Both the position numbers and the translations under genes were made by a program. From positions 1 to 28,656 of the forward strand of contig NW_002061020.1 in the NCBI RefSeq assembly GCF_000150275.1: 28,656 nucleotides of DNA. Direction: 5' to 3'. The number at the start of each line of letters is the position of its first letter. Within the stretch, counting starts at the first letter, position 1. The notes beneath the pieces are model-generated. The model saw only the letters and a program-made list of their open reading frames with translations, had not been told where the DNA came from and did not search any database. This document shows, piece by piece, positions 12,350 to 21,414 of the stretch. The DNA is from Trichoplax adhaerens (Eukaryota > Animalia > Placozoa).

Positions 12350-13002
12350 ATGAATTAAACGTATAGTACTATATTTATAACCGAAATAATCGTATTAATC
12401 AGTCGCTAGAGTAACTGCGTACTACAAGATTACTTTAATCCAAAATTTCGATGATTTTCCTTATAACTATAAAGTTTAATCTAAAGGATATTTATGTGAA
12501 GGAAGTGGAATGCTTGTAATCTATATTTTAGATTGATTCTTGAGAGACTATAGCATATTATAACATCATGTTCCAGTGAGAAAATTCGGAGTCTTTATCC
12601 TCTTCAACTATACGGTATTATATTGATAGGCGATTAGTCATATTAATCAGTTACTGGAGTGACTAGGCACTACTAGATAGCTTTAATTCAAAGTTTCGGT
12701 GGTTTTCCATATAATGTAAAGTGTAATCTAAAGGGCACTTTGTAAACAAGGCAGAATGCATGTAACCTATGTTTTAGTTAAGTTTCTAGAGAGACTTCGG
12801 CGTATTGTAACGTGATGCTCCAGTGAGCTAATTTTTGATGATTATCCCCTACAAATTTTGGCATGGAATTTAAAGGTGATCTATAGATGACAAGATGAGT
12901 TGAAATATTCTTGTCACATTTATGACAACTGTAAGTTACTAATAGGCAGTTGCTTGGAATAGTTGCTAAAATTTGAGCGATACGGAGATCATTTCTATCC
13001 AT
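12350..13002 (-). pseudogene. Decayed coding relic containing a diverged two-copy tandem repeat of about 248 bp
   Basis: Anchors attaatcag at 12394/12642 and gagact at 12544/12791 give a period of 247-248. Minus-strand translations GDNHQKLAHWSITLQYAEVS and EDKDSEFSHWNMML*YAIVS align, with a CAA>TAA stop in the second. Confidence 0.55.
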
Positions 13003-13224
13003 ACTGTGGAGTGTTAAGTATCAGTAGTTTTATCACTGACTCAGCAGCATGTTTTTCCACGTCGTATTGATATTAATACTTAAAAAATTTCTAAAAAACT
13101 GTAGAGATAACTTATTGCACTATGTCACTTTAGCTTACGTAACCCACTAAAGCTTAAATTAAAAAAATATCTTTTTATCGAGTGACCATACCGAGCACAG
13201 TTTCAAGTTATTGTAACTATCATA

Positions 13225-13832
13225 ATAGCGCAAGATTGTCAGGCGTGCCTATACTGCTGTAATAAAATTATATTACTGTAGTACCATAAATAACGTACAT
13301 AGTTCATCCACATAGTACTCTTGTTATATCAAATCTGGAAAGGTATAAATAGTCGTATTTTACTAGAATAAAATGAAGAAAATGGTGAATTAGTATTTTT
13401 AGGATAAGCAGCTATTAAGTTATCAAGATCGTAACCATATTGTTTGGTGACTTAAAGACTTTGATTAAGAAAGAATAGAATGATTTCTTCCATTAAAATA
13501 GCGGTTTAAAGATTTTTTTAAAGGGTTTTCAATAGCTGGTTACGATCTATTTACGATATTGATTTTACTTATTACAGCGGCGATCGTAAGGAATCATAAA
13601 AATACATTCATTTACAAGATCGAACATGCTATCGTGCCGCAGATTACAGTACTAAAATTATGGCGATTTAAGTAGCGCATCTTTAAAGAAGAAGATGACA
13701 TCTTTTATTTTTTAAGCACATCAGGGAGTGTGATCCATTCTGAATTAAGATATTACTGATGATAGTAGGGTGTAAGGATCCAGGGGGTGGAATGTTACTT
13801 CGCATTGTCTTTCATTAGCCTCTAATTAATTA
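13225..13832. repeat. Diverged direct repeat of about 600 bp, copy A (left of the ankyrin ORF)
   Basis: Colinear with 18595-18940 plus 19802-20036. Shared anchors: ttgttatatcaaatctg, atggtgaattagt, gctattaagttat, tttcttccatt, ggcgatcgt|aaggaatc, actaaaattatgg, aagatgacatcttttatttt, gaatgttactt, tctttcattag. Confidence 0.85.
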
Positions 13833-14219
13833 AACCTCTTCTGCACTATAATATGATACGGTAGCATCTGAAATATGTAGAGTCGAACATTAAAGCTAAT
13901 ACATTTAAAATATGGACGCTTTTGTGATCACCTTTACCGTTTAATAATACATAGCTTAGCCTGCAGTTATCATATTGTTTTGATTGGATTCACCTATGCA
14001 GCATGCTAAGACAATTTATATCAAAAATACTGCAGTCAATTTTAGTCGATTATCATTACTTTAGATCTATAATTAATAGTGAAGTACTGTTACTATGCAG
14101 TATAGGAGATCTTAATCCAGATTTGTAGGCACTGGTTATCGTAGAAAATTCAAAGACCATGTATTAAAAATCATGTTGAGTAAACCCTGAAATTTACTGT
14201 AACTTCTTAATTATATTTA

Positions 14220-14545
14220 AGCGAAGAAAATCGTATCATAACCACCGCTTTGAATATAATTAATATTCCTGTATGTTTCATATTCTGAGTCTTCGTATTG
14301 TATTCTTCATCTTTATATTCTAACCTTAATATTTCATCTAAACTATTGCAATTTGGAGCTGCTGTTATAATTTTCTTAATGACATCTGTTTAATTCTTGG
14401 TCAAGAATTACAGAAAAAAACTCTTTTCTGATTTCCCATTAATAAAATCAATTTTTATTGCATTTTGGATGAAGATATTGATAGTTCAAAATCATTACTT
14501 GCAATAGCATGCTCTGAAACACTTCGTTCATAATCTTCTCTTTAA
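14220..14545 (-). pseudogene. Decayed former C-terminal coding region of the ankyrin gene
   Basis: After frameshifts near 14540 and 14480 it reads EDYERSVSEHAIASNDFE/INIFIQNAIKIDFINGKSEKSFFL*FLTKN*TDVIKKIITAAPNCNSLDEIL. This aligns with the internal ORF segment VEFLINSGAEIDFKDSKTQEFFIFFAQENNMIMVRKILEAAENYDDLKFIL. Confidence 0.75.
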
Positions 14546-17500
14546 CAGACCTTCTAAATCATTCTGAGTTGTAGCAATATCCAAAATCGTTGCTACTAAG
14601 TTAGAACAGCCGGCATCCATTAAAAGATTAAGTAGCTGTAATGTTGTTCGTTTATAACAATCTACCTTTACATTATTACTTATCAGTAAATCTATGATCT
14701 TAATAAAAGCTGCTTCATGCTGCTCAAAATTCTCTTTTATAAAACTATCAAAAGATAGGTTAATTTCTTGGCTTTCAGAATCAGAAGATTTACTGTCAAC
14801 AGGTGTTTTTATGATGCGTAAAATGCTTTGATGTCGCTGGTTAATCTGCAGTCGTTTGAATCTAAGCATTATATCCTTGAGTATCTTTAGGAATTTCCTA
14901 AAAAGCACATCTAACCAATTCTCTCCGTAACTATCTGTAATTTTTAAAAATTTGTCTATAGATTTTTGATATAATTTCTGTATTTCTTCCTCCTGCGCTA
15001 TAGTGGCTTCGAGTTCTATACATTTTTGCGGTCCTATTGCAGTTATCAGCTCTTCTAGTATTTTTATGTTACTAGATTCAGCAGCGTAATGCAAAGCTGT
15101 TTTGCCATCATTATCTTGTATTTGAAGCAAATTACTAACTGCTTGCTGTTGTGATCCAGCTAACTTTCTTTGATCTATCCTTAGCCCTTGCATACATTCT
15201 TTTTCTCCATTTCTTGTTCTTCTTATTTTCTGTATTTCTTCCTCCTGCGCTATAGTGTCTTCGAGTTCTATACATTTTTGCGGCCTTATTGCAGTTATCA
15301 GCTCTTCTACTATTTTTGTGTTACTAGATTTAGCAGCGTAATGCAAAGCTGTTTTGCCATCATTATCTTGTATTTGAAGCAAATTACTAACTGCTTGCTG
15401 CTGTGATTCAGCTAACTTTCTTTGATCTATCCTTAGCCCTTGCATACATTCTTTTTCTCCATTTCTTGTTCCTCTTATTTTCTGTATTTCTTCCTCCTGC
15501 GCTATAGTGTCTTCGAGTTCTATACATTTTTGCGGCCTTATTGCAGTTATCAGCTCTTCTAGTATTTTTGTGTTACTAGATTCAGTAGCGTAATGCAAAG
15601 CTGTTTTGCCATCATTATCTTGTATTTGAAGCAAATTACTAACAGCCTGCTGTTGCGATTCAGCTAACTTTCTTTGATCTATCCTTAGCCCTTGCATACA
15701 TTCTTTTTCTCCATTTCTTGTTCCTCTTATTTTCTGTATTTCTTCCTCCTGCGCTATAGTGTCTTCGAGTTCTATACATTTTTGCGGCCTTATAGCGGTT
15801 ATCAGCTCTTCTAGTATTTTTGTGTTACTAGATTCAGCAGCGTAATGCAAAGCTGTTTTGCCATCATTATCTTGTATTTGAAGCAAATTACTAACAGCCT
15901 GCTGCTGCGATTCAGCTAACTTTCTTTGATCTATCCTTAGCCCTTGCATACATTCTTTTTCTCCATTTCTTGTTCCTCTTATTTTCTGTATTTCTTCCTC
16001 CTGCGCTATAGTGTCTTCGAGTTCCATACATTTTTGCGGCCTTATAGCGGTTATCAGCTCTTCTAGTATTTTTGTGTTACTAGATTCAGCAGCGTAATGC
16101 AAAGCTGTTTTGCCATCATTATCTCGTATTTGAAGGAAATTACTAACTGCCTGCTGCTGCGATTCAGCTAACTTTCTTTGATTTACCCTTAGCCCTTGCA
16201 TATGTTCTTTTTCTCCATTTCTTGTTCCTCTTATTTTCTGTATTTCTTCCTCCTGCGCTATAGTGTCTTCGAGTTCTATACATTTTTGCGGCCTTATTGC
16301 GGTTATCAGCTCTTCTACTATTTTTGTGTAACTAGATTCAGCAGCGTAATGCAAAGCTGTTTTGCCATCATCATTTTGTATAAGAAGGAAATTACTAACT
16401 GCCTGCTGCTGTGATTCAACTAACCTTCTTTGATCTATCCATGGCCCTGGAATATATTCTTTTTCTCTATTTCTTATTCCTTTTAACAACTCGCCAACTA
16501 TTTCTACATTCTTTCTAGCAACATAGTGCAAAGCTGTGTTGTCATCTCTATCTTTCATAAGTATTCTTGCTCCTCTATCTATCAACGTTTTAACTATTTT
16601 CACATAGGCACTCTCGGATGCGTAATGCAAAGCCGTTTTGCCTCTACAGGCTCGAAAATTCACTGGAGCACCATATTTTAACATCAGTTCAACAATCTCC
16701 TCATTACCTCTTTCTACAGCATGGTGTAGAGCTAATTTTCTGCAATCGCTTTTAGCGTTTAGAATAAATTTTAAATCATCATAATTTTCTGCAGCTTCTA
16801 AAATTTTCCGAACCATTATCATATTATTTTCTTGAGCAAAAAAAATAAAAAATTCTTGTGTTTTGCTGTCTTTAAAATCTATTTCTGCACCACTATTAAT
16901 AAGAAATTCAACTAATTCTGCACGTACGATTTCAAAGTCATCATCAAAACCGCCGTTCGGGTATAATTCTATATTATATAAGGGGGCATTACCATTATTT
17001 TGTTTAATATTTACCTCAGCTCCATTATCTACAAGTAGTTTAGCTATATCATATTGTCCTTGCTTAGCTGCATAAAGTAAAGGAGTTGTGCCATCGTCAT
17101 TACTAATATTTGCATCCGCTCCGTTTTCTATAAGTAGCCTGGCTATATTAAAATTGCTTCGTGAAACCGCAATAGACAAAAGTGTAGAACGAAATTCAGG
17201 TGAATCAAAAATGAAGAATAAATCTAAAGAAATATTGAAATTATCTTGAGATTTAATATTTGTATCTGCACCATATTTTGTAAGCAGTTTAACTATTTCT
17301 TCGTTTTCACTTATTACTGCATAACATAAAGCTGAATGATGATCATGATCTTGTATATTTACCAAAGCTGAATAAATATCATGATCTTGATTATCTACCA
17401 TAGTGGCATGTTCTAAAATTAGGTTAACAATATCTTCATTTTCCTCTATAGTAGCGTGATGCAAAAGAGTTTTTCCATCATTATCTTGAGCTTTTAGTAA

Positions 17501-18049
17501 GTGTAATAAATATCCTTGATTTTTTAAATGTGTTATATGTTCTTGATTTTCGCAGACTAAAGAATCATCTTCTGAGTTTGTAATTTTATCCTGATCCTGA
17601 TAGGCAGCCTGAATATCTCGATTCACGGATTCAGTATAGCTTCCATTTTCATCTTGAAGCAATGTGGAAGCTTTTGTTTCTTTCTGAAGCAATCTGGCGG
17701 CTCTTAGTTTTTTTATCCTTGCAGTTTCTTCTCTACTTCTCCGAGCCATTTGTGCTAGATTATCCAACAATCTTGGATTCTGTATAGCTTGTAAAATGGT
17801 TTCCAAGATGGCTAAATTATTTTTTTTAGCAAGCTTAGCCATAAAAGTCATATGCGAGTGTTCTTCAACCGTTGTAGTGATTGTACTAATGACAAATGGA
17901 TCATATTGAATTCTTAAGAAAAAATTTTTGTCACCATTCTTTACTGCTTGTCTCAAGACTTCAGCAAGTTTTTTCGCACTTGAATATTTTAAGCTTTTTG
18001 GCCCCGCTTGAGTTGAATTGCTTGACTGCGATAGTCTTCTTGTATCCAT
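14528..18049 (-). CDS. Single-exon multi-ankyrin-repeat protein (1173 aa) with six 84-aa expanded ankyrin units
   Basis: Uninterrupted 3.5-kb ORF. Canonical repeats include DDGTTPLLYAAKQGQYDIAKLLVDNGAEVN and RGKTALHYASESAYVKIVKTLIDRGA, followed by DNDGKTALHYAAESSNTKILEELI repeated every 84 aa. No signal peptide or TM segment is evident. Confidence 0.9.
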   Translation of the reverse strand: MDTRRLSQSSNSTQAGPKSLKYSSAKKLAEVLRQAVKNGDKNFFLRIQYDPFVISTITTTVEEHSHMTFMAKLAKKNNLAILETILQAIQNPRLLDNLAQMARRSREETARIKKLRAARLLQKETKASTLLQDENGSYTESVNRDIQAAYQDQDKITNSEDDSLVCENQEHITHLKNQGYLLHLLKAQDNDGKTLLHHATIEENEDIVNLILEHATMVDNQDHDIYSALVNIQDHDHHSALCYAVISENEEIVKLLTKYGADTNIKSQDNFNISLDLFFIFDSPEFRSTLLSIAVSRSNFNIARLLIENGADANISNDDGTTPLLYAAKQGQYDIAKLLVDNGAEVNIKQNNGNAPLYNIELYPNGGFDDDFEIVRAELVEFLINSGAEIDFKDSKTQEFFIFFAQENNMIMVRKILEAAENYDDLKFILNAKSDCRKLALHHAVERGNEEIVELMLKYGAPVNFRACRGKTALHYASESAYVKIVKTLIDRGARILMKDRDDNTALHYVARKNVEIVGELLKGIRNREKEYIPGPWIDQRRLVESQQQAVSNFLLIQNDDGKTALHYAAESSYTKIVEELITAIRPQKCIELEDTIAQEEEIQKIRGTRNGEKEHMQGLRVNQRKLAESQQQAVSNFLQIRDNDGKTALHYAAESSNTKILEELITAIRPQKCMELEDTIAQEEEIQKIRGTRNGEKECMQGLRIDQRKLAESQQQAVSNLLQIQDNDGKTALHYAAESSNTKILEELITAIRPQKCIELEDTIAQEEEIQKIRGTRNGEKECMQGLRIDQRKLAESQQQAVSNLLQIQDNDGKTALHYATESSNTKILEELITAIRPQKCIELEDTIAQEEEIQKIRGTRNGEKECMQGLRIDQRKLAESQQQAVSNLLQIQDNDGKTALHYAAKSSNTKIVEELITAIRPQKCIELEDTIAQEEEIQKIRRTRNGEKECMQGLRIDQRKLAGSQQQAVSNLLQIQDNDGKTALHYAAESSNIKILEELITAIGPQKCIELEATIAQEEEIQKLYQKSIDKFLKITDSYGENWLDVLFRKFLKILKDIMLRFKRLQINQRHQSILRIIKTPVDSKSSDSESQEINLSFDSFIKENFEQHEAAFIKIIDLLISNNVKVDCYKRTTLQLLNLLMDAGCSNLVATILDIATTQNDLEGLLKRRL
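14975..16487 (-). repeat. Coding tandem array, 252-bp period, about 6 units
   Basis: gcaaagctgttttgccatca occurs at 15091, 15343, 15595, 15847, 16099 and 16351 (exact 252 spacing). Inner units are near-identical. Confidence 0.97.
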
Positions 18050-18594
18050 TTTAATTTACCTCTATATACAACCATACTTGACTCGGTTATAAGTACTTTA
18101 ACTTTTATAGCTATATTTGCGCTTTAAACTAGAAAAAAGTATGCACCCTCATGGACTACTATCTTGATGTATCTGAAGATAGATATACATAACCAGGGAC
18201 TTCATGAATTCATAATAAATTATCAAGTTGCACAGTACTGTCTAATACAGCATAGTGTTAGCTTTCGGTAAAGGTTAAACTCAAGCAGACTCTCTCGACG
18301 CATATATAGGAAAGCAACAACTACGCCTATTTACAGTCTAGGCTTGATTAGAGGTCGTAAACAAACATGACAAATCTAGTAATTAAGCTTTAATCATAGA
18401 ATATCTTAAAAGGAGCATAAAAAAATCTGATCTTGAGTCGCTTGTTGCAATGGCAAAACAGAAGTACACAATTTGAAGATAGCCTTACGCGCTTGCGTAA
18501 AGAAATAACAGCAAAGATTCCTCATCAGACTTAAAGCTATGCATATGATTAACCAATATTATATAACATAACATATAACTATTATCCTTGTCAT

Positions 18595-20036
18595 ACAAGA
18601 TTATCAGATATGACTATGCTACTGTAATAAAGTTACCAAATCAACATAAATACGTAGTTTTTCAACAAAATACTTTGTTATATCAAATCTGAAAAGGCAT
18701 AAATAGGTGATGTTTGGTAAATTGTAAAGAAGATGGTGAATTAGTTATTCTTAGTAGAAGCGGCTATTAAGTTATGGAAATGGTAACCATACTATTTAGT
18801 GACGTAAGACTTTAATTAAGGAAGAAGGCAATAGTTTCTTCCATTTAAATTGTGACGAAACGATTATTTATTATGAATTTTTCAAGAGCTAGTGATGATC
18901 TGTTTACGATCTTGACTTTACATCTTACAATGGCGATCGTGATAATTAATCTTGTATCGCCGGAGAACGATACTGATGGATACTGTTTGGCTCGGATTTA
19001 TATGAAAGAATAATCGGATAGCTTTAGCTTAGGGAATAAAAAGTTTACTACATATCGCAACAGCTACTATTTACAGTACTTTTTTATGTCGACCTGTAAT
19101 TAAAGTGTATAACTGTCTTAGTCAATGCTAGTTTTAAAAGGCTTTCATCGCAAGGTTTTAGGAATAGTAGAGCAATAATTGATTACTACAAGAATCTAGT
19201 CTAAAATATAAAGTATTTCAAGCTCAGAGTGAAGTGAAGTCTCTTCTCCCTAGTGAGCTCATCTCTGCAGTTCTTAAATGTATTTCGCTAAATACATTTA
19301 CGACAACTTGATTAGTCTACAATCAGACATAAATCATCAAATGAAATAATTTTTCTCAAATAGAACCTCATCAGTACAAACTCCCGTCACTATGCTGACG
19401 GATTACATTGTTATAATATTAAAAACTCCCGTCACTTTGCTAACGCATTATGCTTTTATAATATTATACTTCTAGAATATTGTTTTACAATAATACTTCA
19501 AACGTGACTCGGCCTTGCGTTGCTATGCAAACGGATTACGTTGTTATAATTATACAATCTCCCGTTGCTTTGCTAACGGATTATGTTCTTATAATATTAT
19601 ACTTCTAGAATATTATTTTACGATAATACTAATATTAGTTATCAACAATTTCGAATAGAGTAGTTATCAATCATCTAATATTAGCTTCACGAAAATATGT
19701 ATTCTTAGTAACTTAACTATATCAAATATAGCTATCAATACAATCAAATATAGCAATCCACATAATCAAATATGGGGTGCATCGCTACACGACTAAACCA
19801 CAAGGAATCGCAAAAATAGATTCATATATAAAATCTAACACAATTACGTTGTACAAGATGACTAAAATTATGGTGATTTAATCAGTCCTTGATCAAAAAG
19901 ATGACATCTTTTATTTTATGGACGGCGAAAAGTCTTATCAATTGTGAATTACGGTGCTATGCCGAACATAGCCGGGTATAGGGATCTAGGCGACGAATGT
20001 TACTTTGTACTATCTTTCATTAGTCTCCGATTAATT
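18595..20036. repeat. Direct repeat copy B, interrupted by an insertion of about 860 bp (18941-19801)
   Basis: Copy A is contiguous at ggcgatcgt-aaggaatc. In copy B ggcgatcgt ends at 18940 and aaggaatc resumes at 19802. Confidence 0.85.
19371..19630 (-). mobile_element. Stack of four Helitron-type 3' hairpins ending in CTGA|T
   Basis: Plus-strand units are cccgtc-actatgct-gacgg, cccgtc-actttgct-aacgc, gcgtt-gctatgca-aacgg and cccgtt-gctttgct-aacgg. The pair of units is duplicated with a period of about 133 bp. The terminal tcagtacaaactcccgtc matches 3205-3222. Confidence 0.7.
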
Positions 20037-21414
20037 ACCAGCATTAAGGGTTTTATTTCGATTATGTTTCTAACTAGACAACCTATTAATTAAAAAACTA
20101 CAGTAAATTCGAGTACTTAAAAACACTAATTAAAATCTACTGTACTGCGTGATAGTTAATCATGGACTTAATATCGAATATAATCAACTAAAGTTTGGCG
20201 AAGAATAGTTACTGTAGAATAATAAAACTACATTATCACTGCTTAACAAGCTTTATATTTTCATTGCAAATTCACCGCAATATTTTTGATATTAATTATG
20301 CTAATTTACTACGCAGCTGAATCGGATCAAAACCACATGATAGTATGATAGCTGCGGGATATGCTACCCGCTATTGTTAGATTGTAAAATTTATTACAAA
20401 AGCGTAGGGTCGTTAATTGTAGTAGCCTTATAATAAATGTTAGACTATAGGCATTTTAGATGCTGTCATAGCGAGATTCTAGACAATTTATTTCAGTAAG
20501 TGTCCAGCAGCACTTTTAAAACAGACAAAATTCGTAAAATCTACGCATAACGATCGGTAAACCTACGATCCTGATGTACTGATTTAGAAAAATCATTTAA
20601 ACGATTTCTCGATATTTCATAAAATTGAATACGAAGTGAAATTTTTAGGTATGTTAAAAGCTATAGATGACAATCTTGTAGGTGCATAGCATAAGAACTT
20701 TACAGTCAACCAGAGATAGTACTAACGAGGATACAGTATATGTTCATCATTTCTTCTGTTGCATGCAATTTTACTTGAATTTTATCAAATACAATAAAAT
20801 ACACGTAAGCTTAATGTAAATTATGCTACTTTTCTTAAGTGCTTTATCAAATTAGTATTTCAGAGTTGTAATGCCAAACATGTAGCCACAACAAGGCTTA
20901 GTCCCTGGTATTAACAGTCTACGTTATCAAATTTATCTAAGCTTTCTAAGGGCATGAGCATTATTTTATACTAGTAGGTACTTAAATTTAAGTACCTTTA
21001 TTTAGTCATTAAGTTTTAAGATTTTATCCTTACAAGTAGCATTGTAATACTCGAGCACACTTAATAATTATTTAGTAATCGGTTAACGAGATGTGAAACC
21101 TTGCATACCGATTGCTAACGACCTTATCAACAGGTAGTAAATATAATCGTTCATGTAGCGTATGTTGTACTTTCTAAACTTAGAAGATATGCAACCAATT
21201 CCTTATTTCAATAGTCGTCCTTCTACAATCGATAAATCTTCTTTATTGAACTGGCTGATGTTGAAAACGCTAATTCAAAATCTATGTTATCCACATCTTG
21301 GATTACATCTATTGCTATAATATCGAAAATTCTCACTTTTTTATGCTGATAGTTGTCTTTTGCTTTGTTATGTAATAGATTTTGCAGTCTTTGTACCTAC
21401 AGTACAGAAACAAT

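Noticed and set aside
14975-16487. CRISPR-like array
   Set aside because: Units are contiguous, in-frame coding repeats with no unique spacers, in a eukaryotic context. The 19371-19630 hairpin stack likewise lacks unique spacers and cas genes.
15188-17075. Plus-strand ORFs 15188-15406, 16196-16414 and 16863-17075
   Set aside because: Antisense shadows of the ankyrin ORF and its 252-bp array.
13225-20036. Intact LTR retrotransposon
   Set aside because: No gag/RT/integrase, TG-CA ends, PBS, PPT or TSD seen; kept only as a direct-repeat finding.
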